A stretch of 63,231 bases of DNA, filler included, from Craspedostauros australis (taxonomy: Eukaryota): NCBI GenBank assembly GCA_030167865.1. It is 14 parts of 14 records of this genome, joined end to end, with 100 filler letters (N's around TTAATTAATTAA, not from the genome) between each part and the next. Parts side by side here need not be neighbours in the genome. Positions count along the whole stretch, not along the records: positions 23,774 to 24,871 come from JALAGF010001080.1; positions 24,972 to 26,756 come from JALAGF010001081.1; positions 26,857 to 29,377 come from JALAGF010001082.1; positions 29,478 to 31,227 come from JALAGF010001083.1; positions 31,328 to 46,533 come from JALAGF010001084.1; 9 more parts are not named here. One strand, written 5' to 3'. Position numbers and translations under genes: made by a program. The notes under the pieces were generated by a model. It was not told the DNA's origin, searched no databases, and saw only the letters and a list, made by a program, of their open reading frames with translations. Positions 23,774 to 36,019 of the stretch are shown here, in pieces; within the stretch, counting starts at the first letter, position 1, and every line of letters begins with the position of its first letter.

Positions 23774-24871
23774 CTGCCCCGCTGTGGCACCCGTCGAAAC
23801 TGCTGCTGTGATAGCGGTAGGCTCACTCTGTCACTGGCTGGGTCCCAGAACACCTCCGGCCGTTGCGACGAGTACTCGTTCCAATCTCCCAGCGCTTGCC
23901 CCAACCTTGCCGACTGGGTGCGTGACGCTTGGAAGAGGCCTCGGATGGCTTGACTCCACAAGCGCCAACTTGCGCTGCCAATGCTTCCCACTGGCGGCCA
24001 CCGCATACAAGATTGCCGAAGAGGGATGTGACCTGGCTGTTCCGCCGCTGGGTGAAGATTGCAACCGTCCGCCGTGACGATGTCCGACATCCAAAAGACT
24101 TGCTTGGATATCCTGCATAGATTGACAATTCGCTCCGCTTGTTGCCCGAGCTTGAGGGCTTTGATGCGCACCATGATTGGCGCATCACGTTCTCTTGGGG
24201 CGTGCAGTATCCGGTTCTCCCACTGCACTGTAATGCCCACCCTCTTTGTTTCCAGCCACACAGCCTTCATCCAGGATTCCGAAGCAAGATGACTCCATTC
24301 GCTAGGCTCCATTTGCATCACATCTGGTACTCCGACTTGAATAGTCATCAACCCCACCAGAGTGTGCATGAGCTTGCCTGTCAGCGTGCTCTGCATCCAA
24401 TGCCGCGCCAGGGCTTCGAGATGTTTTGTTACTTGCACATAGTACAGGTGATGCACCTCCATGCCCAGCCCTTCTGACGGCCCGAATATGATCTTTCTCG
24501 ACATGTTACGCTGCAGACCTGCTGCTGGAAGTGACGCCAACAGGACCGGCCGCATGATTCGCTCACATGCCTCGTTCGTGAAGGTTGCGCTCATTAGCGG
24601 GTATTCCAGTGCCTTCCAGATGGTCGCCTTCATTGCTATCCAAGCATGTATTCGGAGCATGCGACTTCGCCTCATTTTGTCCGCCCATTGGTTGGCCTTC
24701 TTTGTGTAGTACTGCTCGTTGTCATCCTGAATCCCATCGTGTCGCACCATTACCCCCAGCGCCTTGCGCGCTTGATCAACGTGGAGTCTCACAAGCGTCG
24801 ACCGCTGCTGGCTGTCCGGTTGTCGGATGCTGATGTCACCTGGCTGCTCGGCGACACTCTTATACTGCCAC
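23774..24871 (-). mobile_element. Non-LTR retrotransposon ORF fragment, region C-terminal to RT (Ambal-like)
   Basis: A.K.LGV...DG, W..M..TIWKALEYPL..ATF....C..I..P.L...LP..GL.RN..R..IFGP...LG...HHLY..Q, N.CR....V..SDIVTADG motifs characteristic of diatom Ambal-like LINEs; open across the whole contig. Confidence 0.8.
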
Positions 24872-24971
24872 NNNNNNNNNNNNNNNNNNNNNNNNNNNNN
24901 NNNNNNNNNNNNNNNTTAATTAATTAANNNNNNNNNNNNNNNNNNNNNNNNNNNNNNNNNNNNNNNNNNNN

Positions 24972-25445
24972 TATCAGACATGTCGACGCGCATCGACGGA
25001 CAAGGGATCGCTTCTCTGAGAAAGAGAAACGGAGGCGATGCCTCTATCCGCTCCAAAGCACGATCGACGACGTGACATGCGTTCATCATAACCAGCGTGT
25101 ATGCAATATCGGATCAGAAGGAATGCTGAGGAACCAAAGTCAAGTGGGATCGATCAGACTGAGACCCATGCTGAAGATACCTGCGCGTCTATGAGAGATG
25201 ATACTCGAATGTAGAAGATGCAAATCACCACGACGATGCGTGATGAACCTGCAGAGGAGAGCATGAGAGCAAGTTGATGAAGCAGATGAAAGCAACCATG
25301 GACATGTGCATGATCATGGTGAACTGCTACNNNTTACACTTGCTGCTGAATTGGAATTGAAGAGTCAAGGAGTTTGTTCTCACAGTTCTAAATTGGTACA
25401 GATTGATAACAGATTAATCTACTACCTAACCCCGGATTTCCAACA
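24972..25445 (+). mobile_element. LTR family A, copy 2 (partial, cut by contig start)
   Basis: Reverse-complement homolog of 17328-17800; ends CCCGGATTTCCAACA against a copia RT remnant. Confidence 0.9.
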
Positions 25446-25706
25446 ATGACCCTGAAGATTCTTACTGATGAGAGTCATGCAGCCACACGGAATGGGTGCG
25501 CGTCCCTACGACTGCCACCATTCAGCAAAGGGGCTGTCAACACGCATGTAGTACTTCTGTGCACCACAAGGAGCCTCAGAAAATGCATTGTGAATGTCAG
25601 CGCCATAGATGGTCTTGTTCTCCATGGTTGTGACAGCAATGAACAGCCAGAAATCCATAGCAGCCAGAGTAGCCGTGAATGTGTGCCCTGTGATTGTTGC
25701 CTTGCC
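25446..25706 (-). pseudogene. Degraded copia RT remnant sandwiched between two LTR insertions
   Basis: GHTFTA...IYGADIHNAFSEAP....YYMRVDSPFAEWW*...PIP....KNLQGH with an in-frame stop. Confidence 0.75.
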
Positions 25707-26512
25707 TGTTGGAATGTACATATGTGTATGTGCATCACTCACCCATTGTTCTCTTATGCTCTACGCACAAGCAGCGCAACCATTTGTGTCGTGAGTGATC
25801 TGTGATTGATCTGTGAGCAATCTGTGAGTGATCTGTGATTGATCTGTGGTTGATCGAAATCACATCACAAAATCGGGCACACACAAAAAATCTGAATTTC
25901 GGAAGGGCATTTGTGAACAATCATTTCTGAGAGCATCAGGAATGCAGTCTGTCCATCAACTGACAGAAATGCATGACATCGAGCAAGGATCGATGTATTT
26001 CATAACTAAGCCTCAAATGATGATATCCTCACCATACCACTGCATCATCGATGGAGTATGGAATCTGAAGGATCATGGAAGACAACAGCTGACATCAACA
26101 GGATGTCATCATGTCACCACATCAGATCAAGAAGGCAAAGATTCAATGACCAAGTGACATCAAGATCGTGGATATGCAAGGAAGAGTTCAGATGAGACAT
26201 TGGCGAATACTCACAGAGTAGTGCACCAGTAGAGGACGAAATGATGGAGTATGTATCGAATACAGAGTATGTATCTAACACTGATTATCGCGCAGTACCA
26301 ACACACAAGAGAGAGAGAGAGAGAAAGAGCGAGAGAGCATCTCACATGCCAACTCATAGTCGGACGATAGTTGAGAGACACCAAGAGTATTGGGAGACTC
26401 CGAGAGGCACCGGAACAACGCAATGAAATAGCAAACGAAATAGTAACAACCACCACCACCACCGTCAACAGTCGCAAGAGTATCCGTGAGCGGAACTTGC
26501 CAATGTGCCACA
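25707..26512 (+). mobile_element. LTR family B, diverged near-complete (solo) LTR
   Basis: 5' part aligns with 29105-29377 and the reverse complement of 47269-47528; 3' part aligns with 61750-62058; starts TGTTG; candidate TSD TTGCC (25702-25706 / 26513-26517); right end uncertain by about 10 bp. Confidence 0.7.
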
Positions 26513-26877
26513 TTGCCCAGGGTCCACACCTCATGTTCGCTGTTATCCATGAGATATGAATGCCGCGGTCTGGATCGCCACTACGGAATGCAACGAGCAC
26601 GATGTCCTGGGGCGATGTCAAAGACATGTAGCTGCTCTTGGTCGTTCATGCTGTTCCAGGTGATGTCAGCTGGTGGATTGTTGCCAGATGACAACATGTC
26701 AATGTCAAACGCCGTATTGTTGGGATGGCTTGATATTTTGAGCATCATGACATGCCNNNNNNNNNNNNNNNNNNNNNNNNNNNNNNNNNNNNNNNNNNNN
26801 TTAATTAATTAANNNNNNNNNNNNNNNNNNNNNNNNNNNNNNNNNNNNNNNNNNNNTTTATGTGTTAAGCTTACTAT

Positions 26878-27239
26878 TGATAGGACGATCGAGTAAAAAG
26901 GTGGGGTTCGTGCTGTCGTACTGTAGCCGTTCTTTGTTGCGCAGCAGCATGCCGTGGTGATCCTGCACACATACAGTCTTCCAGTATCGTCACCCATAGA
27001 GCAGCAGCTGATCCATTCACATGGATATGCTTCAAGATAGATGCATGTTCAACAGAATGACGAGATGGACAGATGGCAGGGGTGCATGAGCTGGAGGGCG
27101 AGCAACGCATGGATTGCAGTTCAACTACACATCGTGTGTGTGGTAGCCTTTCATCACAGTATCGGTCTTGGGTACCAAATACTGTGTACGCGGAATGGAC
27201 AGTCAGGTCCCGAGTCAGTCCCGGAGCTAGTCTGTCCCA
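26878..27239 (-). mobile_element. 3' LTR of the copia element at 27325-29104
   Basis: Preceded on the minus strand by PPT GAGAGGGAGAG (27251-27241); termini TGGGAC...GTCCTATCA. Confidence 0.6.
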
Positions 27240-27324
27240 ACTCTCCCTCTCGGCGTAGTGCGAAGCATGTCCCCGGTGTAAAAACCTCCATCGTTCGATC
27301 AACAGTTCACAATTTGCGTCTCCG

Positions 27325-29104
27325 TTACCACCCCATGAGCATGCGGCGCAGGTGCTCGAATGCATCCCGCGCGAGACCCTTGGTGAAGATATCGGCGACT
27401 TGGTGTGGTGTTGGCACGTGCAGGATTCGAATGAAGCCCTCCTTGACCCAGTGCCAGAAGAAATGCCACTTAGTGAGGAAGTGCTTGGTCCGCGCCGTGA
27501 CCTTGTGGTTCGTTGCCAGTGCAATGCACGCCTCGTTGTCTTCAAAAACGGTGCATTGGATGTTGGTTTGCAGCGGTTGGTTGAGGCTCGTTGATGCGTT
27601 GACTTCGTTGATGAGTTGTTGCATGGGGATGAGGGCACGCATGGCAAGAGACAGCGCGGCGTATTCCGACTCCATTGTTGATAGGGCGATCTCCGTCTGC
27701 AGTTTCGATTTCCACACGAGCGGGCAGCCACCGAGGATGATGACGTAGCCGGTGCGTGAGCGCACTGCGTTGGGAGAATCGTCGGGCTCGCGCTTGTATA
27801 GACCAGCAAAGTCGGCATCCACGTAGCACTCCAGGTTAAGTTGGCCCGTTGGTCGTACGATAGTGCCCATGGTGTTTGTGTGGCGGAGGTATCGCACGAT
27901 CATCTTAATGGCCTTTGCGTGCGGTTGGCGGGGATCGTTGCTGAATCGGGCCACTTGAGAGACGGCGAAGGCAAGGTCGGGGCGTGTGTTCGTAGTCAAG
28001 TAGAGCAGCATGCCGACGATGGAGCGGTAGTTCCATGCTTCCTTCATTGGTGGTTGGTCGGTTGAGGCGCCGAGGGCAAGTTGTGTTGTTGGTGTCACAT
28101 TTGGTTTGCAGTGTTGCATGCCGGTGGCCTCGATGATCTTGTTGATTAGCCCGGTTTGCTTGAGGTGGATGGTGTTGTTTTTGGGGTCTCGATGCAGTGA
28201 TATTCCCAGAAATTCCGTGAATGTGCCTTCGCGTGTGAGATCAAATCCGCGTTTGCGCATGGACTCGATGAATGCGTCTGCCTCTTCTTCCGTACGCGAT
28301 GCGATACCGGCGTCGTCCACGTAGAGAACAATCATCATGCCGTCGCGCATGAACAGGCACTTCTCTTGATCACACGCGTGAAATCCTTCTGCAAGGAGGG
28401 CGCGCACGAGATGCTGATACCATAGCTTGGGAGCTATAGTTAGACCGTAAAGGCTTTTAATCAGCTTGAGGCACGTGTCAGGTCCATTCGTTGATCGGAA
28501 GCCGCGAGGAAGGTGTAAGTAGACAGGTCGGTGGATGTCGGCTTGGACGAACGCGTTCGGAAAATCGATCGACGTCGTGACCCAGCGAAGCAAAATGGAG
28601 AGGATGAGAAAGACGCGGACGGACGACCATGCAACGACCGGAGCGTAGGTCGCTTCCGTTTCGGTCATCATATCGCCTCTGCAGCACCATCGGCCTTTAT
28701 ATTTCTTGACCGTGCCGTCGGGCATTCGCTTGCGTTGGAATACCCATGTCCCCGGGAAGATGCGATCGGTGGTGGAAGATTTCGGCACCTCAATCCACGT
28801 CCCTTTGTTGGTGAGGTCGTGAATTTCCTTGTGCGCGGCGGCCATCCATTCGCTTTTGTTGTCGTCATTCATTGCCTCGTTGAAGGAAAGAGTGTCAGGG
28901 TCAACTTTTGATGCCTTGTAGCTGTAGTGACGATCTGCGATGTCGAGGTCACCGCCGCTGGTGAAGAAGTTGAGCAGGTCGTATGTGATGACGGTACTGT
29001 GGTTGTCGTTGTCGTCGTGCTCGACCGCTGCTGCCATCGCGTAGTGTTCGTCGGTTTCGTCGTCATGCGGCGGTGGTTGGTGGGCGTAGTGAGTTGATGC
29101 CGAA
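27325..29104 (-). mobile_element. Ty1/copia pol: complete RT-RNase H, interrupted upstream by a family B LTR
   Basis: WVFQRKR.PDG..KKYKGR, IDFPNAFVQA, KSLYGL, LYVDD, RPDLAFAV, YVDADFAG, IALSTMESEY, EDN, ADIFTK; open to the stop codon. Confidence 0.97.
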
Positions 29105-29377
29105 TGTCGAGATGTACATGTGAGTATATGTCGAGATGTACGAGTATATGTGCATCGTTCACCCGCTATTCTCTCATACGCACTTGGACGGTATAACTAC
29201 ATTCGTGTCNNNNNNNNNNNNNNNNNNNTCAGAATTACAGGGGAAACGGAACACACGAAAAGGGGCAAGATTTCTGGAGGAAATTTGCAAATGACGATTT
29301 CTAAGAGAATTGGAAGATCGTCCGTCCATCCATCAATGGTACCAAGAGAATCTCGAGGTACTTCCCAACTAAACCTC
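29105..29377 (+). mobile_element. LTR family B, 5' part (cut by contig end)
   Basis: Starts TGTCGAGATGTAC; closely similar to the reverse complement of 47269-47528. Confidence 0.85.
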
Positions 29378-29477
29378 NNNNNNNNNNNNNNNNNNNNNNN
29401 NNNNNNNNNNNNNNNNNNNNNTTAATTAATTAANNNNNNNNNNNNNNNNNNNNNNNNNNNNNNNNNNNNNNNNNNNN

Positions 29478-29917
29478 CTCTAAATCAGCTTCTCCAGCAC
29501 GGACGGCAGCACCAGCATCAGCAATACCTGGACCAGCAAGGGTGGCTGCCCATGATGCTTCCCGCATCGCCGCCAATGTCGCTTTCGGCGTCAACAGCAT
29601 CCCAGATGGAGTGCAGCGACCTCGATAGCGGCATGGAAAGTGACAACGAACCCGCTCGTGCAGGCTCGCACAGCCGCAGAATCGCTAGCGTCATTTCGGA
29701 TGTGTTGGAGATGACGCGCATGGATGATCTCGAGCAGATATTCATGCCANCCGAAGTCGCGAGAAGCAACAGCAGTTCCAGCAGNGTANTAGCCGCTCGC
29801 AGCGTTGGTTCCATCGCACTTCCATTCACGCCCACGCGGCGGAGGCAGACACAGCGATGTTCCTCCCATAATGAGCATGACGACGTCACGAAGTCACTGT
29901 CCAATTCCAAGCAATGA
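29478..29917 (+). CDS. Possible C-terminal low-complexity end of a gene
   Basis: Open frame from contig start (QHQHQQ...S-rich) to a stop followed by AT-rich 3'UTR-like sequence; no domain recognised. Confidence 0.35.
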
Positions 29918-32605
29918 ATCTGGCTCATAGGAACAAAGTTACCAGAGTAGAAAAGAGGATAGCACTCCATTGTAAAATACTATTATATAATACTATATTA
30001 TATACTCCTCTCTACCCGTGAAACACAGCACTTCTGCAGCGCACCCAGTGATGTGGAAGCGTTCATCCCATGGTGGTCGCACCGATACAAGAGTGCATCA
30101 ATTCCCGATCTGTAACCGCAACACCTAGCTCCACTCTGCCAATACTCTGGATGCTTGCCAGAGTACCTGGACTCAACTCGCTGTGCTCCTGCACTGCCAG
30201 CATGCAATGCAGCAGCACACGCACTCCATGCTTGTCAATGTTTGCCATCAGATCTGCCCAAGCTGCGACATCTCCTCTTCCCATGCCCATCCATCCTCAA
30301 CATCCAAGATCGTCTGTTGCGCCACCCAAACGGATCACGGCATATTCGTACTCAAGCAGAGTGCAGTATAGTGCAGTATAGTGCAGTATAGTGGAGTGGA
30401 GTGGGTCGTAAACTGATCCAATCCATTGCAATGACCTCCGAGCACATGGGCCACCGCAATAAATCCCATCGCGCCGCGGAATGACAAGGGATAGATGGTA
30501 CGTACACCTGCCCCTGCGTGCGTTCCCCATGCCGTAACGAACCATCGAGTGCGCACCACTTTGCTCCATCTTTGTTCAACTCGGACTCTGCGCCGCGTAT
30601 CTTTCATCCTCTGTGGGAGGTCATTCTCCCTGGGCCGCGTCCATTATTCATTCTTTCATTCATGCACCCTGCCATCATCAATGCAGCCGCCCACTCATCC
30701 ACTCATCCACACATCCATCTCTCTGCGCTGTGGGCAGATCAACAAGCCAGCCCCTGCGTGGTGATGGTTGACTCCAACATCTGCGCGTGTGCGTCACCAA
30801 ATTCCAGATGGTCGACTGGGCATCTGGTTTTGTGTCTGGATTGTCCTTCTGGCGCGGCCTCATTTCTTCGAACCATTCGACTTCTTTCAAAGGCCTATCA
30901 TGACATCATCGCGAATGACATGACAATGTCGAACAATAGACTCATAGACTCTCGCTTCTTGTCGGACAGACCCAAACACGACAACCAACCAAGTCAGTCA
31001 CGGCAGAGTACTCATACTCCTCTTGTCTACTCGTGGAGTTGATAGAGTACGGCCTACTGCATACTGTACACAATGAGGTCCAGCCCATATTCCACCCGCA
31101 AGAAAGCAACAACTAACAGAGTGCAAGAGAATAGACAGTAATATTGCGCAATACATTAGCATGATAGATTATGATGAGTATCAAACCAACGACCACGCAC
31201 AGCTAACGTGCGACGTGTGAGGGTGGCNNNNNNNNNNNNNNNNNNNNNNNNNNNNNNNNNNNNNNNNNNNNTTAATTAATTAANNNNNNNNNNNNNNNNN
31301 NNNNNNNNNNNNNNNNNNNNNNNNNNNTTCTGCGGAAAAGCACCAATTATCCAAAAAAGAACGAAAATTATATATTATTCCGTCGAGGATAAGAACTAGG
31401 CGGAAACAAGTAATTTATGACTTAAGCGCTATGGAATAGAGCAAATTATTGCATTTTGAACTGCCCCCCTGGCGACTTAACAAAGCGCATCGTCGTTGGC
31501 TCGTTATTATGGCGCGGCCACCTTCGCTCATGTTGTCGGAGATCTTGTGAGATTCGTTGGAGTGAAACCTGTTCTCATTGCTGGTTTTGGCCACGCGTCT
31601 GCGCACTATGTCACGTGAAGTTCGATGTCGATGCCAACTCCGCTTCGTGCCAGCCGAAACGAGAACAGAACAGTAAAACAGACTGAGAGCAACCAGTGGA
31701 CGCCAAGGAGCAGTAGGACCACTTGCCACCAGATCTCGAATCTCGTTGTATTCAAGAAGGATCGTGCGTATGATCATCTCCACTGTGTCTGTAGGTCACA
31801 GCCAAGCGTTGCTTTCCCCCAGCGTTGCCGCTCTCTTCCGCGTCGCCTTCCGCTCTTTCCACTTTGCAGACCCGAAAGAGAAGGCGCATGGTGGTGCCAT
31901 CTCCTCGCAAACACGTGCCATCACAGTCTTGGCACGCATTGACATCGACAAGATCACGCTGTTCTGATGCAAAGAGTGGAGCGATACTGCCATGCATCGG
32001 ATTTGATTGGATGACGGAGATATCCTTTGTTCTTCATCATGGATGCGGGTACACATCCCAAGATCATCTGCTGAACAACAGTAGTCGCGAGATCAGAGAA
32101 GAGAGACATTGGCTGCACGAGAGCAGGCACAGCGAATGAGAGAAGGGGCGCGCTGCCAACAAGCTTCCCCGCTTGCGCCAAAACGCTTTCTTGCCCTGTC
32201 TCGTTGCCAGAGTTTACGAGAGCACAGTACTCGTAGTCGTGTCTTGTATCAATAGTACCTCACGCTCGTAGCTCGCACGTACGAGCGCATGATGAGAAGG
32301 CACATCGTGCTCCTTTTCCGTTCACAACTCTCGTTGCGCATCGGTGATAATGCGGGACAGCAGCCCGCCATTTTTTTGGCATGACCATTCGTTCTCGCGC
32401 AGTCTCGCTCCGCAGTGAAATGCCGTACACGACAGAGCGTGGAGTATCTTTGGTGCAACCTCGTTTTCGCCTTTGGATGTGTGGGCAGGTATGGGAACCT
32501 CGGATCCTGTTGCGTTCGATGACATGACATGATCATAAATTTGAAGCCCGAGCAGCTCGCACACGCAGCAACTCGCCAAATCTTACTCATCAAGCAACAG
32601 CCACC

Positions 32606-33616
32606 ATGATGTTCAAGACAAGCACCCTCGCAATCCTCTTCGCTGCCACCATGGCCCTGGCCAGCCACAACGCCGCCTTCGTCGCCGCGGACGACAACAT
32701 CGAGAAGGTGGATGACTTCGATACCTACAAGCCGCCACGCCAGCTCAAGGCCAAGGGCTCCAAATCCGACCCAAGCCCAGAGGCGGCAAACCTCATGGTC
32801 CGCGTCACCAACCTGACCTACCTCCAGCCATTCAGCGGCTTCTTCCTCATGGTCCACTCCAGGGCCGCCACCCCGCTCTTCACTTTGGGCTCGCCAGCCA
32901 GTTCTGCCTTGGGCACTCTCGCCGAGAACGGAGATCCATCCGCGCTGGTCGCCATGTACACGGGCCAGCCAGGTGTCTACTCCGCCATGGCTGTCCCTGG
33001 ACCGCTCCCACCAGGCCAGTACCAGGATATCCCCGTCTCGGTCGGCAAGGGACAATACGTCACCATCGCCACTATGGCTGTCAACACCAACGACTGGTAA
33101 GTGGTGAAGCGTTATACATGCCGGACTCTACCAGATTGCTGCTGCCGTGTTCGACTTTGTTTTGCACCGTACGATGCCCAAGACGAGAATGGTGTCCGCG
33201 ATTGCCTACTTCTTTCCGTTGACTCCCTGAATTCGCTTCACAATCTGACACTTTCTTGTCGCACCCAACTTTCACCTACTCTGCTCTACTCTACTGCCCT
33301 CTCCCGCCATGCTCCATGCTCTACCTCCACTTCTCCACGCACACACAGCTTCGTCGCTCTGAACGGTGCCAAGATCGAGCCAGGTGACATGTTCCGTGGT
33401 GTCGGATACGACTCGGGAACCGAGGCCAACAACCAGCTCTGCAACTCTATTCCAGGACCAGCCTGCCCAGCCGGAAACAACGCTGATGGTGGCGGCGAGG
33501 GCTTTGTCCACATCCACCGCGGTATCCAGTCCGATGTCCCAGGATCCACCCTGCCAAACCTCCAGGGCTTGGACTGGCGCAACCCAATGGTCCAGTTCCG
33601 CGTCATGTGGGCATAA
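32606..33616 (+). CDS. Secreted Spondin_N-domain protein, 2 exons (32606-33096, 33349-33616)
   Basis: Signal peptide; VTNLTYLQPFS..F..VH, LF.LG..AS..L..LAE.GD; spliced M.VNTND|CFVALNG (GTAAG...CAG); YDSGTEAN; GEGFVHIHRG. Confidence 0.92.
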
Positions 33617-34385
33617 GGCAAGCGATTTCGTGAACGCTTGACCTCACCAGTCAACTTCTTTGTCAAACCGTATCTTCTTGTCTGGAGAGTCCCCAACGGC
33701 ATGCACATAAGCAGCACATGGCGACATCTGCCTCGCGCGCGCTAGCGACGGGCTCATCACCAGCAAGACGGCACGCATATCATATTTTACAACCAACCCA
33801 CGATCGTTGCCGCAGCCAGCGGTTGGGTGGATGCCGCCCCATTAACGACGGATCCTTCTTGTCTCGTAACGCACGCGTAACATACGACAATAATACAACT
33901 AAAGGGAGACCATTTTCATCCCGACACGAACAATCTTCGACGACTTGATGGGATGGAGCGCGACTGGTCTGGCCTCGCTCTTCGTCCGGCGAATCTGGCA
34001 ATGGCCGCTGCGATGCCTGCCAGGAAAGACTTGTTTGGGCCGCCTCCCATCTCTCTAGCTTTGTCATCTTGGCCACGCGAATCGTTGTTGTGTCGTGTCA
34101 CAAACGTGGATCGAATCTTTTTCTCGTTTCTCGGCCCTGGCACGTCTGACGTGAAACACAACATCACCAATGCGCTTCTGTGCCTGCCCGCGCAGCACCA
34201 CCACGATCGTGGGAACGACGAAGAAGGCATCAACATCAGCCCATAGCTCGCATAGGTAGTATGCATGTGGAGACATACAGATACGCGTAACATGATCTCA
34301 TCGCCTGATCGTATCATAGCATATCATATCATACGAGTGAGATAGATCCATTGGAGCAAGCTACCATCCGATTGCGCCAAGAACC

Positions 34386-35627
34386 ATGCAGGCAAGTGCG
34401 GCCAACAACGAGACTGTGGACGCGTGCGAAAGAGCATGGAAGGTGCTCAAATGCGAGCCGGATCATGAGCCACCCGTGTACGAAGGTGGCACGCAGGAGA
34501 AGCAGCCGTTCATGCCGTCGCTGCGGACTCCCATTCGGTGCATGGATCTGACCCAGGATGTGTGGGACAGCATCCAGCAGAGAGGATACTCGTTCGATGA
34601 TCTGCATGCATTCGCGCAGAAGTGGTCCACCGTGCAATTCGGCAACGATCTGCGGATCTCCAACAACGCATTCTACGACAGGAGTCACTGGCAGGAAGTG
34701 GTCCGGACCCGCGACAAATACGTGCGAGTGTGCGTGCGAGTCCGCAAATCTGTGGCGCACGGCCATGGTGAGATCACGGCTGCCCTGCGTCAAGACATGG
34801 CCGCCGTTCTGGAGCTGATCTCCCAGTGCACGAAGCCCACCGGCCTTCGTTTGGAAGGATCCATGAATCTGTACCGCGAGATCATCCACCCGGCAGGTAT
34901 ACAATTCACGAAGATGGAACTTCAAGCAATTCAGAACGTCGTCGCGGACGATCTCTTGGAGATCTCAAGCGCCACAACCAACCTCCACATCAACTATGTC
35001 AGCTTTGCGGACGATGGAGACTCCCTCCTCACGCAGCTCACCGGGTTCCCGTCCACGCTGCAGGAGCTCTGCATCAACAATAGCACGGGGATCTCGACGC
35101 AGAACATGTCCGCGATTCTGAGGCGCGCCAAGGCTCGGACGATTTGGTTGTGCGGCGCATTGTCCTTCGAGGAGGAGTTGGAATGCGTCTGTGCCAACAA
35201 GAATATTGTGAAAATCGCATCCGTGCAAGAGTTGAGACATCGAAGCCAGCTGCTTGATCTGCTTCTGCGCGTTTTGGGCACGGATAGCATTCGGGAGATC
35301 TTCTTCCTTTCGCCCGTACATGAATACCACCTTGACCCTGATATGATCAACGAGATCTACGACAAGACGAAGGCGAACAAGGTCATCCAGCACATTTGGG
35401 TGGGCACCTTCGAGCAAATGCTCAAGTGGAGATCGAGAATCGTGCCTCTGCTCGCCGCCAATCGGCTCAGAAGCAGGCACATCGATCGTCTACAGGAGCT
35501 CGTCAAACACGGTGACTACTTGTCCAACTGTCTACTGGTGCTGCAGCGCCATGGAACTTTGCGCAGGGATGCCGACTACCTCTTCGAGATGCTTCGAAAA
35601 GCTCCAGGGCATCTGCGTTATGCCTAA
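34386..35627 (+). CDS. Hypothetical protein with degenerate LRR/RNI-like C-terminal half
   Basis: 413-aa intronless ORF with coding-like codon usage; LQEL.I, I..I.F and NKVIQHI patterns. Confidence 0.7.
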   Translation: MQASAANNETVDACERAWKVLKCEPDHEPPVYEGGTQEKQPFMPSLRTPIRCMDLTQDVWDSIQQRGYSFDDLHAFAQKWSTVQFGNDLRISNNAFYDRSHWQEVVRTRDKYVRVCVRVRKSVAHGHGEITAALRQDMAAVLELISQCTKPTGLRLEGSMNLYREIIHPAGIQFTKMELQAIQNVVADDLLEISSATTNLHINYVSFADDGDSLLTQLTGFPSTLQELCINNSTGISTQNMSAILRRAKARTIWLCGALSFEEELECVCANKNIVKIASVQELRHRSQLLDLLLRVLGTDSIREIFFLSPVHEYHLDPDMINEIYDKTKANKVIQHIWVGTFEQMLKWRSRIVPLLAANRLRSRHIDRLQELVKHGDYLSNCLLVLQRHGTLRRDADYLFEMLRKAPGHLRYA

Positions 35628-36019
35628 GGCGGCGATACTTGCATACAGAGCTGGAACGGGATGTAATTAACGTAGTCTTTGAGCCGTGTTCTGTTCTTCA
35701 TACTTGTACTTGTACACACGCGCTCTCTCTCTCTCTCTCTGCCTGGAGAGAAAGAGTCCTTCCGCTTCGCAAGATCTATTCCAAGTACTCGCACTCGACT
35801 GATGCACTACTCTCTCTGGAGTGTGGTAATCAACATTACTCTGCTCTGAATTGGATCAAATAATATACTAGATGGGTCTTCTTCGCAGAACACGTTGCTC
35901 TGAAAATCTGAATGGAAATCACCAGCATTCGTGCATCATCTCCAAAGTCCGTAAGTACTCTCCCAGTACTCTACTGGTGCTCCTACGGGTATCCGTGCTC
36001 TTGTGGCACTCTGCTTGTC

